Assembly (NCBI GenBank): GCA_041669265.1
Contig: JBAYBM010000001.1
Location: 73,819-137,818, forward strand
Length of the DNA stretch: 64,000 nt
Reading direction: 5' to 3'
Source: Bacilli bacterium
Lineage (GTDB): Bacteria; Bacillota_I; Bacilli_A; RFN20; CAG-826
Of the stretch, positions 31,101 to 39,537 are shown in pieces (positions within the stretch are counted from its first letter, which is position 1; each line of letters opens with the position of its first letter). The notes below the pieces were generated by a model. That model did not search any database and was not told the DNA's origin. It worked only from the letters and a program-made list of their open reading frames with translations. Position numbers and translations under genes: made by a program.

Positions 31101-32054
31101 ATTATGGCTGCTCAATCAATTGGTGAACCAGGTACCCAATTAACAATGAGAACATTCCACTCAGGTGGTGTTGCCGGAGGAGATATTACTCAAGGTTTAC
31201 CAAGAGTTCAAGAGCTTTTCGAAGCTAGAAATCCAAAAGGTGAAGCTACAATCAGTGAAATTAGCGGAACCATTACAAATATTGAAGAAAAGAATGGTGT
31301 CTACACTGTAACTGTTAAGAACGAATTAGAAGAAAAAGAATATGTTACTAACTTCGGTGCTCGTTTAAGAGTTACAAAAGGTGATGTAATTAAAAATGGT
31401 GGTAAGATTACTGAAGGTGCAATTTCTCCAAAGAAATTACTCGAAGTCAGCGATGTTGCAACTGTTCAACGTTATATTATTAAAGAAGTTCAAAAGGTTT
31501 ATCGTAGCCAAGGTATTGGAATTAGCGATAAGCATATTGAAGTTATCATTCGTCAAATGTTACGTAAAGTAGTTGTTGTTGATAAAGGTGATACTAACTT
31601 AATTCCTGGTATTAGAGTCAGTTTAATTAATTTCACTGATTCTAATAAACAAACTTTGTTAGAAGGAAAACACCCAGCTGTTGCTCAACCAATTATTTTA
31701 GGTATTACAAAAGCTGCTCTTGAAACTGATTCATTCTTAAGTGCTGCATCATTCCAAGAAACAACTCGTGTCTTAACTGATGCTGCTATTAAAGGCAAAA
31801 TCGATACATTACATGGTTTAAAAGAGAACGTTATGACTGGAAAACTTATTCCTGCAGGAAATGGATTAAAGTCTCCTGAAGAAGAAAGAGCTATTCTTAA
31901 CGACTTCGATGTATTGAAAACTATGGAAAAAGTTAAGAAACAATATATTGGTGTCCATGATAGTGAACACTCACTTGATGAAGAAGATGAGATGTATTCA
32001 GCTGAAGAATCATTACCAACTGAAGATCCTATTAACAACAATATTGTTAAATAG
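28122..32054 (+). CDS. rpoC: DNA-directed RNA polymerase subunit beta'
   Basis: 1310 aa with an N-terminal zinc finger (CHCGKYKK...CEKCG), the catalytic motif NADFDGDQM and trigger-loop/bridge-helix blocks. It has an acidic C-terminal tail. Confidence 0.97.
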   Translation: MFDVNNLASIKVGLASPDKIREWSHGEVTKPETINYRSQKPEMDGLFCERIFGPSKDYECHCGKYKKIRYAGVVCEKCGVEVISKEVRRERMGNIELASPCSHIWYLKGIPSRMALTLDVSPKDLEEVVNFSAHFCLNPGTSKILFYKQYLDDRQGREVFTAVVKEIESTLDVSSFDYSQAQNILGNLENFQNPFDFYGVAAFISAHNGSEFGEGAACVKRLLHEVDLNKEFDTISKEIKDASGQKLTKLTKRLEVLDAFIKSGNKPEWMILDTIPVIPPDLRPMLQLDGGRFATSDLNDLYRRVLTRNNRLKRLIEVNAPNVILINEKRMLQEAVDALIDNGRRNGKPVTGAAGRPLKSLSGGLKGKQGRFRQNLLGKRVDYSGRSVIAVGPSLKMYQCGIPREMAINLLRPFIAAILIKEGKCTLHKQADKKIDDKDNDVYDVVEKIISYHPVLLNRAPTLHRLGIQAFQPVLVDGRAIRLHPLVCTGFNADFDGDQMAVHVPISKAAQQEALDLMLASNNILAPKDGKPIVTPSQDILIGNYYLTIEETKNDFLETSKKFKAAGDEEEAERYVAYSKMEGKVFKDINEVYKAYDLKKIHLHTRIALPGRVMKKTGFSEAMKNGYLITTVGKMIFNLIFPADFPYLNTTSKENLKENQERFFVKPGTDIPAYIAGLPLNSPTKKKDITNIIDEVFHRYGTSKTSAIIDKLKDNGFRFSTVSGLTIAISDIEILGTKKEDIEESDAAVDKIEALYKRGFLTDNERHKKVVDIWTACTNKVSDSVAEKLSKDTKNPLFIMSDSGARGSKSNFTQLMGMRGLMGSTSGETIEIPVKSCFREGLNVAEFFTGTHGARKGGADTALKTADSGYLTRRLVDVSQDVVVREVDCHSDHGSYVTDIIDTAQNTVIVPLYDRLVGRFTCHDVIDPNTGEVIVAANTLMDEVTAKQIVDAGITKVEIRSLFGCQTKDGVCVHCYGRNLATGKLVEVGQAVGIMAAQSIGEPGTQLTMRTFHSGGVAGGDITQGLPRVQELFEARNPKGEATISEISGTITNIEEKNGVYTVTVKNELEEKEYVTNFGARLRVTKGDVIKNGGKITEGAISPKKLLEVSDVATVQRYIIKEVQKVYRSQGIGISDKHIEVIIRQMLRKVVVVDKGDTNLIPGIRVSLINFTDSNKQTLLEGKHPAVAQPIILGITKAALETDSFLSAASFQETTRVLTDAAIKGKIDTLHGLKENVMTGKLIPAGNGLKSPEEERAILNDFDVLKTMEKVKKQYIGVHDSEHSLDEEDEMYSAEESLPTEDPINNNIVK

Positions 32055-32063
32055 TTAACAATT

Positions 32064-32094
32064 AAGTGCCCATTAATTTGGGCACTTTTTATTT
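32064..32094 (+). terminator. intrinsic terminator after rpoC
   Basis: Stem AAGTGCCC / GGGCACTT followed by TTTTATTT. Confidence 0.75.
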
Positions 32095-32235
32095 GTCAAA
32101 AAACATATGCAAATCCCACTTAGATTTATAATTGATGTGGGAATTGATATGGATTTTAAATAAAATATATCAATAATAAAAGTTGGTTTAAAAACTATAT
32201 AAAGATATAATTAATTGTGATATATTAAATAAGAT

Positions 32236-32607
32236 ATGAATAAGGTTCCGAAGTGTTTTAAATATATAAATATTGTTGTTCCTTTATTGTCATTTATTAT
32301 AGAGGCATTATTTTGCTATTTTAAAGGTATTGGATACTTAATGGTTTTTGATTATACTGCTTTAATACTCTTATTAATTGGGATGCTACTTTCAGTTTTT
32401 ACTGAAAAACATATTGTTATTTGTATAATTAAAGATGTTATTTTATGTACAATATTAGTTCCTACTTCTTTTTGGAGTATAACTAATTCCTTTGGTGAAA
32501 CTTTTATTTTAGGAATATTTGCTATAATAGTAACTGTCATTTGTTTTATTCTTTCATTTATTGAAATTTGGAAATATAAAGAGATTTATAATCATGAAAA
32601 CAATTAA
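32236..32607 (+). CDS. hypothetical small membrane protein (about 4 TM)
   Basis: 123-aa, strongly hydrophobic ORF. It overlaps the downstream decarboxylase start by 14 nt. Confidence 0.5.
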   Translation: MNKVPKCFKYINIVVPLLSFIIEALFCYFKGIGYLMVFDYTALILLLIGMLLSVFTEKHIVICIIKDVILCTILVPTSFWSITNSFGETFILGIFAIIVTVICFILSFIEIWKYKEIYNHENN

Positions 32608-34111
32608 AAAAGATGGGCAAAATAAAACACCATATATCGAGGCTTATTTAAAGTATTTACATGAGAAAAATACTGCTTTTGACGTTCCTGGGCATCACCA
32701 AGGTAAAATTAAAACGGACTTGGACCGTATTTTTGGTCATAAATTATATGCGAGTGATGTAAATGCTCCTCGAGGAATGGATAATTTAGCACATCCAAAA
32801 GGTGCTATTAAAGAAGCAGAAGAATTATGGGCTAAAGCTTGTGGAGCTAAAGAAGCAAAATTCTTAGTTAATGGATCAACTAGTGGAAACCTAATAATGT
32901 TAATGTCCACTTTAAGCGATAAAGATAAAATTATATTACCAAGAAATGTTCATAAATCAGTTATTAGTGGTTTAATTTTAAGTGGTGCTATTCCAATATT
33001 TGTTATGCCTGAAATGGATACAAATACTGAAATTGTTATGCAACCAAGTTTTGATACATGGAAAAAAGCAATTGATGATAATCCTGATGCAAAAGCTATA
33101 TTTGTTATAAATCCAACTTATTTTGGTGCTACAACAAATCTTAAAAAACTTGTTAATTATGCCCATAAACATGGTGTTATTGTACTTGTTGATGAAGCTC
33201 ATGGAAGTCATTTTTATTTTAGTAAACACCTTCCATGTTCTGCAATGGAAGCTGGAGCAGATATGGCAACTTTATCAATTCATAAAACTGGCGGAAGTTT
33301 GACCCAATCTTCTGTTTTATTAATTAATACTGATGCAGTTAGTGAATATGATATTCAAAAAACTTGTAATATTATTACTACAACTTCTCCATCAAGTATA
33401 CTTCTTGCAAGTTTAGATGCTGCAAGAAAATACCTCGTTTTTAAGGGTAGTGGAAGATTAATTCATGCTAAACAATATGCTAAAGATTGTATTGATAGAG
33501 TGAACAAAATAAAAGGTTTTAAAGCACATGGAAAAGATTATTTTGTAAAAGTTGGTGCTTATAATTATGACGAGACGAAAGTAGTTATTGAAACTGATAA
33601 ATTATCCTTAACTGGTTTTGAAGTGTATAAATTGCTTAAAGATAAATATAGAGTGCAAGTTGAATTAGCTGAAACTTATGTTTTGTTATTACTTTTTACT
33701 ATTGGTAGTGAAGCAAAAGATGTTGATATTATTGTAAAAGCTTTAACTAAAATTGGTGAAAAATATTATGATCCAAATATTACATATCCAGATCATCATT
33801 ATCTAAAAGAATTTGCTCCGATGAAGATGAGACCTCGTGATGCATATAATAGCGATTTAAAAGTAGTTCATTTAAATAAAGCATTAAATAGAGTTTCTAA
33901 AGAAGCAATAATGATTTATCCTCCAGGAATCCCAGTTATTATACCAGGAGAAGTATTTACAAAAGAAGTTATTGAACAATTATATTATTATAAGAAAATA
34001 CATGCTCAAATCCTTAGCGATTATGAAGCAAGTATGCTTGTTTCTACTGTTTTAGAAGAAAACGATAGAAAACCAAAGAAAAAGAAGATTGAGTTGCCTA
34101 TAAATAAATAA
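32594..34111 (+). CDS. PLP-dependent Orn/Lys/Arg decarboxylase (SpeA-like, fold type I)
   Basis: Motifs FDVPGHHQGK, DEAHGSHF and the PLP-lysine motif SIHKTGGSLTQSS. The start is set at ATG 32594 (MKTIKKDG...), which fits the family N-terminus better than 32561. Confidence 0.85.
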   Translation: MKTIKKDGQNKTPYIEAYLKYLHEKNTAFDVPGHHQGKIKTDLDRIFGHKLYASDVNAPRGMDNLAHPKGAIKEAEELWAKACGAKEAKFLVNGSTSGNLIMLMSTLSDKDKIILPRNVHKSVISGLILSGAIPIFVMPEMDTNTEIVMQPSFDTWKKAIDDNPDAKAIFVINPTYFGATTNLKKLVNYAHKHGVIVLVDEAHGSHFYFSKHLPCSAMEAGADMATLSIHKTGGSLTQSSVLLINTDAVSEYDIQKTCNIITTTSPSSILLASLDAARKYLVFKGSGRLIHAKQYAKDCIDRVNKIKGFKAHGKDYFVKVGAYNYDETKVVIETDKLSLTGFEVYKLLKDKYRVQVELAETYVLLLLFTIGSEAKDVDIIVKALTKIGEKYYDPNITYPDHHYLKEFAPMKMRPRDAYNSDLKVVHLNKALNRVSKEAIMIYPPGIPVIIPGEVFTKEVIEQLYYYKKIHAQILSDYEASMLVSTVLEENDRKPKKKKIELPINK

Positions 34112-34163
34112 CTTAAGGTTGAAAAAACTTGTCAGTTAATATAATATTAATAGGCAACATTAT

Positions 34164-34240
34164 GGCGGAATTGGGGAAGAGGTTAACCTTCGTGGCTGTG
34201 AACCACGCATTCGCCAGTTCGATCCTGGCATTCCGCCCCA
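34164..34240 (+). tRNA. tRNA-His (anticodon GTG) with encoded G-1 and CCA
   Basis: G(-1)-GCGGAAT acceptor pairs with ATTCCGC, followed by C73 and CCA. The anticodon stem is CGTGG/CCACG with loop CTGTGAA. The T arm is CCAGTTCGATCCTGG. Confidence 0.9.
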
Positions 34241-34250
34241 TTAAAAATTT

Positions 34251-34283
34251 AAAGTGATACTTAAAGTATCACTTTTCTTTTTT
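34251..34283 (+). terminator. intrinsic terminator after tRNA-His
   Basis: Stem AGTGATACT / AGTATCACT, loop TAA and TTTTCTTTTTT. Confidence 0.75.
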
Positions 34284-34359
34284 AATTAAATCTTTATCGT
34301 CATAATTGAAATAATATCGGTTTTATGGTATTTTTAAATATAGTTTGTGAGGACATATT

Positions 34360-35031
34360 ATGGATAAATATAAAATTATTGAAGTAAAACAAAGTGTTTT
34401 TAAAAACAATAATGAAAGAGCTGATAATTTAAGGAAAGAATTAAAAGAAAAGAAAGTATTTTTACTCAATTTAATGTCTTCTCCAGGTAGTGGAAAAACT
34501 ACAACTTTGGTCCGTACTATTAATGCCTTAAAAGATAAAATAAAAATTGCTATTATGGAAGCTGATATTGATGGGCAATGCGATGCTGATACAATTTTAA
34601 ATAAAACAGGGGTTAAAGTTATTCAACTTCATACAGGTGGAATGTGCCATTTAGATGCAGAAATGACTAGATCAGGTGTTGAAAATCTTGGTATTGATGG
34701 TTTTGATTTAGTTGTTTTAGAAAATATTGGAAATTTAGTTTGCCCAGCTGAGTTTGATACTGGGGCAAGTGAAAATGTAATGATTTTATCAGTTCCTGAA
34801 GGAGATGATAAGCCATTAAAATATCCTCTTATGTTTGAAGTTTGTGATGTTGTTTTAATTAATAAAATTGATACATTAAGTGTTTTTGATTTTAATATTG
34901 AAGAATGCACGAATCGTATTCATAAATTAAATCCAAAAGCAAAGGTTATTCCTTTCAGTGCAAAAACTGGTGAAGGAATGGATGCTTGGTTTGAATATTT
35001 ATTGAATCAAGTTAAAGATTGGAAAAAGTAG
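34360..35031 (+). CDS. hypB: nickel-insertion GTPase HypB (G3E family)
   Basis: 223 aa with P-loop SSPGSGKTT, the metal-binding CH motif GGMCHLDA, ENIGNLVCPAEFD and the NKxD variant INKID. It closely resembles short archaeal/clostridial HypB. Confidence 0.85.
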   Translation: MDKYKIIEVKQSVFKNNNERADNLRKELKEKKVFLLNLMSSPGSGKTTTLVRTINALKDKIKIAIMEADIDGQCDADTILNKTGVKVIQLHTGGMCHLDAEMTRSGVENLGIDGFDLVVLENIGNLVCPAEFDTGASENVMILSVPEGDDKPLKYPLMFEVCDVVLINKIDTLSVFDFNIEECTNRIHKLNPKAKVIPFSAKTGEGMDAWFEYLLNQVKDWKK

Positions 35032-35033
35032 TT

Positions 35034-36173
35034 ATGAGAAATAAAAAATTAATTTCTCGTATTGTTTTAAGTGCTTTTTTTGTTGCTTTAGGTGTAGTTT
35101 TGCCTATGGCATTTCATATGATTCCAAAGGCTGGAAGTATATTTTTACCAATGCATATTCCAACTTTTTTAGGTGGATTATGTTGTGGTCCTTTATTTGG
35201 AGCATTAATTGGAATATTAAGTTGTACAATTTCTTGTCTTGCAACTGGTATGCCACCAGTCGCAATATATCCTGCAATGGTTGTTGAATTATGTTTTTAT
35301 GGATTTTTTAGTGGATTATTTATACGTATTTTTAAAACTAAAAATAAATATATTAATGTTTATTTAACCTTAATAATTTCTATGTTAATTGGAAGAAGTA
35401 TAAATGGCTTAATTAATGGGCTAATTTTAAGAACTGCTAATTATTCTATGTTAGTTTGGTTAACAGCTTCTTTTGTTACTTCCTTGCCTGGAATTGTTAT
35501 TCAACTAATTTTGATTCCTACATTGTTTTTAACCTTAGAAAAAAGTCATGTTTTAGATATAAGTAATGAAAATGCTTTTGGGTTCTTTAATAAGAAGAGA
35601 GTTAAAAAAGAATCAACAATTTACTTTAATTCTTTAGCAAAAGATTGGGATAAATATGAAAATATTACTGAAAAAGAAATAGAAGATTTATTGGGCGTTA
35701 CAAACTTACAAAAAAATGAAAAAGTACTTGATTTAGCGTGTGGAACTGGAATTCTTGAACCATATTTAATTAAAAAAGGAGCAAATATTGTTGGAATTGA
35801 TATTTCTAATGAAATGATAAATATAGCAAAACAAAAATATCCTAATGTTATATATACTTGTCAAGATTTTTATGATTTTGAGGACAAAGATTTTGATAAA
35901 ATTATAATTTTCAATGCTTATCCTCATTTTATTAATCGTGATTTATTTGCTTTAAAAGCCAGTGAATGTCTTAAAGATAATGGGGAACTATTTATTATTC
36001 ATAATGAATGTAAAGAGATAATTAATTCGTATCATGTTAATAGTGCTAAAAATGTTAGTAGAGAATTATTAAGTCCAGATGAGGAAGCAATATACTTAAA
36101 AAGATATTTCGATATAAACGAAACTAAAGATGATAAGAATTATTTAATTGTATGTACAAAAAAACATGGCTAA
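35034..36173 (+). CDS. fusion protein: ECF-transporter S-component-like membrane domain plus class I SAM-dependent methyltransferase domain
   Basis: Residues 1-175 or so have 5-6 TM helices with an S-component-like pattern (VALGVVLPMAF...LPMHIPTFLGGLCCGPLFGALIG). Residues 195-379 or so carry FNSLAKDWD and the SAM motif VLDLACGTGIL. The ATG lies 2 nt after the hypB stop. Confidence 0.7.
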   Translation: MRNKKLISRIVLSAFFVALGVVLPMAFHMIPKAGSIFLPMHIPTFLGGLCCGPLFGALIGILSCTISCLATGMPPVAIYPAMVVELCFYGFFSGLFIRIFKTKNKYINVYLTLIISMLIGRSINGLINGLILRTANYSMLVWLTASFVTSLPGIVIQLILIPTLFLTLEKSHVLDISNENAFGFFNKKRVKKESTIYFNSLAKDWDKYENITEKEIEDLLGVTNLQKNEKVLDLACGTGILEPYLIKKGANIVGIDISNEMINIAKQKYPNVIYTCQDFYDFEDKDFDKIIIFNAYPHFINRDLFALKASECLKDNGELFIIHNECKEIINSYHVNSAKNVSRELLSPDEEAIYLKRYFDINETKDDKNYLIVCTKKHG

Positions 36174-36186
36174 ATGCCATGTTTTT
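36157..36186. terminator. bidirectional terminator between convergent genes
   Basis: AAAAAAACATGGC-TAAAT-GCCATGTTTTT, a perfect stem flanked by A- and T-runs. Confidence 0.75.
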
Positions 36187-36206
36187 CTATAAGGATTGTT
36201 TTATTA

Positions 36207-36590
36207 TTAAAGTTCTTTAACCCAAAGTCCATGTAAATTACAATATTCATAAACTTTTAATGGTTTTTCATCTTTAGCAATTGCAAAATCTACAATTGGT
36301 TTTTCATTTGCATGTAAATCTACACGCTTATATCCTTTATCGGTAACTAAAATAACAAATTGAATATGATGCTCTTCAAGCATTGGATGTAAAACTGATC
36401 CAATTTCAACATGAACACTTTCTTCTCTAATTGTTACTACAGGAACATGCTTTTCTAAAGCAGCATCAGTAGAATTTGCTTTTAGTTGAACCATTGGTTC
36501 ACCACAACAAATAGTTGGGCAACACATTTTAGTATAAAGTTCAATTATCTTTCCACATTTATTACATTTAAATAACATTACATCGTTCAT
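36207..36590 (-). CDS. dfx: desulfoferrodoxin (2Fe superoxide reductase)
   Basis: 127 aa. Centre I cysteines are CNKCG...CCG. Centre II ligands are EKHVPV, HPMLEEHHI and CNLHGLW. Confidence 0.9.
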   Translation of the reverse strand: MNDVMLFKCNKCGKIIELYTKMCCPTICCGEPMVQLKANSTDAALEKHVPVVTIREESVHVEIGSVLHPMLEEHHIQFVILVTDKGYKRVDLHANEKPIVDFAIAKDEKPLKVYEYCNLHGLWVKEL

Positions 36591-36609
36591 AAGAATTCCT
36601 CCTAACTAT

Positions 36610-36637
36610 ATTATAGCAATTTTTATTAAATTTACAA
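36610..36637 (-). promoter_or_regulatory. putative sigma-A promoter of dfx
   Basis: The minus strand reads TTGTAA-N16-TGc-TATAAT (an extended -10), about 20 nt upstream of the GGAGGA SD. Confidence 0.45.
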
Positions 36638-36656
36638 AAAATATGCTTTAGATTTT

Positions 36657-36681
36657 TTTATAAATAGATATTTATAAATAG
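36657..36681. promoter_or_regulatory. tandem 11-nt repeat / inverted repeat, candidate operator in the dfx / maa-fdp divergent region
   Basis: TTTATAAATAG-ATA-TTTATAAATAG. Each unit contains the palindrome TTTATAAA, and together they form a perfect 10-2-10 inverted repeat (36657-36678). Confidence 0.35.
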
Positions 36682-36742
36682 TGTGATTGTTGCTAAAATA
36701 ATATAGATAGAAGTTATACATATAATTGAAGGGAGAGACGAT

Positions 36743-37351
36743 ATGTCTGAAGAAAGCGATATGCTAAGTGGGGTTCTCTTTAACCCAAAAAAAGAGGAAC
36801 TCGTTGTTTTATATAAACAAAACAAACAATTTCAGGAAGAATTTAATCAAACAAGTTATAGACACCTTAAAAGAAGAAAGCAAATTTTACATCAAATGTT
36901 TGCTTTTGCAGGTGAAAACATTTATATTGAGCCCCCTTTTTATTGTGAATATGGTACAAATATTAAAATTGGAGATAATTTTTTTGCTAGTTATGATTGT
37001 ATATTCTTGGATTTTGCAAAAATTAATATTGGCAATAATGTTGTATTTGGCCCCAGAGTTAATTTACTTTGTGTAGATTGTCCTACAGAGATTAATAGTA
37101 GAGCAAAAAACTTAAGATATAGTCATGATATAAATATTGAAGATGACGTATATTTAGGAGCAAATGTTCTTGTTAAGCCAGGAATTACCATTCATAAAAA
37201 TGTAATTGTTGGCTGTGGGAGTGTCGTCACCCACGATTTAGAATCTAACGCTGTTTATGGAGGTAATCCTGCTAAAAAACTTAGAAATATTAATGAAGAA
37301 GAAATGAAAAAATGGCGAAAAGAAGCTGATTGTTATTATAAAAGGAAGTAG
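36743..37351 (+). CDS. maltose/galactoside O-acetyltransferase family (left-handed beta-helix)
   Basis: 202 aa with an N-terminal Mac domain and hexapeptide repeats (IGDNFFASYDC, IGNNVVFGPRV, YLGANVLVKPGITIHKNVIVG). The SD is GAAGGGAG. Confidence 0.8.
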   Translation: MSEESDMLSGVLFNPKKEELVVLYKQNKQFQEEFNQTSYRHLKRRKQILHQMFAFAGENIYIEPPFYCEYGTNIKIGDNFFASYDCIFLDFAKINIGNNVVFGPRVNLLCVDCPTEINSRAKNLRYSHDINIEDDVYLGANVLVKPGITIHKNVIVGCGSVVTHDLESNAVYGGNPAKKLRNINEEEMKKWRKEADCYYKRK

Positions 37352-37361
37352 AGGAGAGGTT

Positions 37362-39179
37362 ATGTATACAAAAAGATTAGTTACTAAAGATACTTATTAT
37401 GTTGGTGGAAGTGATAGAAGGTTAGCTTTATTTGAAAACATTTATCCTTTAACAAATGGCGTTAGTTATAATTCTTATTTAATTATGGATAAGGAAACAT
37501 GTTTAATGGATACAGTTGATATGTCAATCTTAGATACTTTTTTACAAAAGATTAAAGATGTTCTTGATGGAAGAGATTTAGATTATCTTGTTATTAACCA
37601 CATGGAACCAGATCATAGTGCAACAGTTGATAACATTTTGAAATTATATAAGAATGTTAAAATCGTTACTAATTTTAAAGTTCTTACAATGTTAAAAAAC
37701 TACTTTGAAGATATTGATGAATCAAGAATTAAAGTAATAAAAGAAGGCGATAAATTAGAACTTGGAGAACACATCCTAACATTTATTGATGCTCCAATGG
37801 TTCATTGGCCAGAAGTTATGATGACTTACGATACAACTACAAAAACACTATTTAGTGCGGATGCATTTGGCACATTTGGTGCTTTAAGTGGCAATTTATT
37901 TGCTCATGAAATGAATTTCGATCATGATTATTTAGATGAAGCACGTCGTTATTATTGTAATATTGTTGGAAAATATGGCACACAAGTTCAAGCAGTTTTA
38001 AAGAAAGCTGGAACAATAGAAATTGATACGATTGCTCCATTACATGGACCTATTTGGAGACAAGATTTATCATATTTAATTAATTTATATGATAAATGGA
38101 GTTCATATGAAGCAGAAACAAAAGGCGTATTAATTGTTTATGGTTCAATTTATGGGCATACTGAAAAGGTTGCAAACATGATTGCTGATGAATTATCTTT
38201 AGAAGGTATTAGAGACATTCATATGTATGATGCTTCCAAAACAGATAAATCTTATTTAGTTGCTGAAGCTTTTAAATATTCACATTTAGTTATTTGTTCT
38301 TCTACATATAATATGGGTATATTTACACCAATGGAAGAATTCTTATTAGATCTTAAATACCATAATTTAAGTAATAGAACTGTTGCTATTTTTCAAAATG
38401 GTAGTTGGGCTCCAAATAGCGATAAACTAATTCGTGAAATATTCTTAAGTATGAAGAATATTAAAATAATTAACGAACCATTTACTATTAAATCAAATAT
38501 TAAAGAAGCACAAATTCCTGAATTAAACAAAATATGTGCGGAAATTGCTAAGGATTTTCCAAAACTTGAAACAAAATCTAACGCATTATTTAATATCCAA
38601 TATGGTTTATATGTTTTAACTACTAAAGATGGCGATAAAGATAATGGATGTATTGTAAATACAGTTAGCCAGGTATGTACTGATAAAGTCTTGGTTGCTG
38701 TTAATAAAGCGAATTATACGGCTGATTTATTTATGAAGAACAAGATAGCAAATGTAAGTATTTTAACAACACATACTCCATTTTCAGTATTTAAAAATTT
38801 CGGATATCAAAGTGGAAAGACTGTGGATAAATTTGCTACTTTTAAGTATAAGGCTCGTTCGAAAAACGGATTATTTTATATAAGTAAATTTACTAATGGT
38901 TATTTGTCATTAAAATGTGTTCAAGTTTTTGATTTAGGTAGTCATTATGGTTTCTTATGTGAAGTAACTGAGAATAAACAAATTTCTTTCGAAGAAAGTT
39001 TAACTTATTCTTATTATATGAATAATATAAAACCAAAACCAGCTCGTGAAGTTGCTCAAAAGAAAGGTTGGATTTGTAAGATTTGTGGATATTTCTATGA
39101 GGGCGAAAATTTACCAAAAGATTTTATATGCCCAATTTGTAAACATCCAGCAAGTGATTTTATAAAGGTGGGATTTTAA
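37362..39179 (+). CDS. multidomain flavodiiron protein (metallo-beta-lactamase-like diiron + flavodoxin + flavin-reductase-like + rubredoxin)
   Basis: 605 aa. It has the diiron motif HMEPDHS, a flavodoxin-like domain (VLIVYGSIYGHTE), a flavin-reductase-like domain (GLYVLTTKDGDKDNGCIVNTVSQV ... GYQSGKTVDKF) and a C-terminal rubredoxin (CKICGY...CPICKH). Confidence 0.85.
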   Translation: MYTKRLVTKDTYYVGGSDRRLALFENIYPLTNGVSYNSYLIMDKETCLMDTVDMSILDTFLQKIKDVLDGRDLDYLVINHMEPDHSATVDNILKLYKNVKIVTNFKVLTMLKNYFEDIDESRIKVIKEGDKLELGEHILTFIDAPMVHWPEVMMTYDTTTKTLFSADAFGTFGALSGNLFAHEMNFDHDYLDEARRYYCNIVGKYGTQVQAVLKKAGTIEIDTIAPLHGPIWRQDLSYLINLYDKWSSYEAETKGVLIVYGSIYGHTEKVANMIADELSLEGIRDIHMYDASKTDKSYLVAEAFKYSHLVICSSTYNMGIFTPMEEFLLDLKYHNLSNRTVAIFQNGSWAPNSDKLIREIFLSMKNIKIINEPFTIKSNIKEAQIPELNKICAEIAKDFPKLETKSNALFNIQYGLYVLTTKDGDKDNGCIVNTVSQVCTDKVLVAVNKANYTADLFMKNKIANVSILTTHTPFSVFKNFGYQSGKTVDKFATFKYKARSKNGLFYISKFTNGYLSLKCVQVFDLGSHYGFLCEVTENKQISFEESLTYSYYMNNIKPKPAREVAQKKGWICKICGYFYEGENLPKDFICPICKHPASDFIKVGF

Positions 39180-39180
39180 T

Positions 39181-39537
39181 ATGGAAAAAGAAAAATTATC
39201 GTTTAGTGAATATCAAAAAGAAGCTTTTGATTTAATTTCACCAGAAGGAAAAAAAGACATGGTTTTGAATGGTGTTTTAGGTTTATCTGGTGAGTCTGGA
39301 GAATGTTCAGATATTGTTAAAAAGAATCGTTTTCAAGGACACGAATTAGATAAAGATCATTTAAAAGATGAACTTGGAGATGTCTTATGGTACATTGCTG
39401 AAACATGTAGTGGTTTAGGAATTACCCTTGAAGAATGCGCTCAATTTAATCTTGATAAACTTCATAAACGTTATCCAAAAGGTTTTGAAGCTAATAAATC
39501 TATACATCGTAAAGAGTACGAGAAAGAAGGTAAATAA
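39181..39537 (+). CDS. MazG-like nucleotide pyrophosphohydrolase (small, single domain)
   Basis: 118 aa with the EExxE/D-type motif region GESGECSDIVKK ... ELGDVLWY. Confidence 0.7.
   Translation: MEKEKLSFSEYQKEAFDLISPEGKKDMVLNGVLGLSGESGECSDIVKKNRFQGHELDKDHLKDELGDVLWYIAETCSGLGITLEECAQFNLDKLHKRYPKGFEANKSIHRKEYEKEGK

Noticed and set aside
32107-32163. 18-codon ORF (MQIPLRFIIDVGIDMDFK) downstream of the rpoC terminator
   Set aside because: It has no SD, sits in a terminator-proximal spacer, and its sequence is explained by the GCAAATCCCAC repeat or hairpin.
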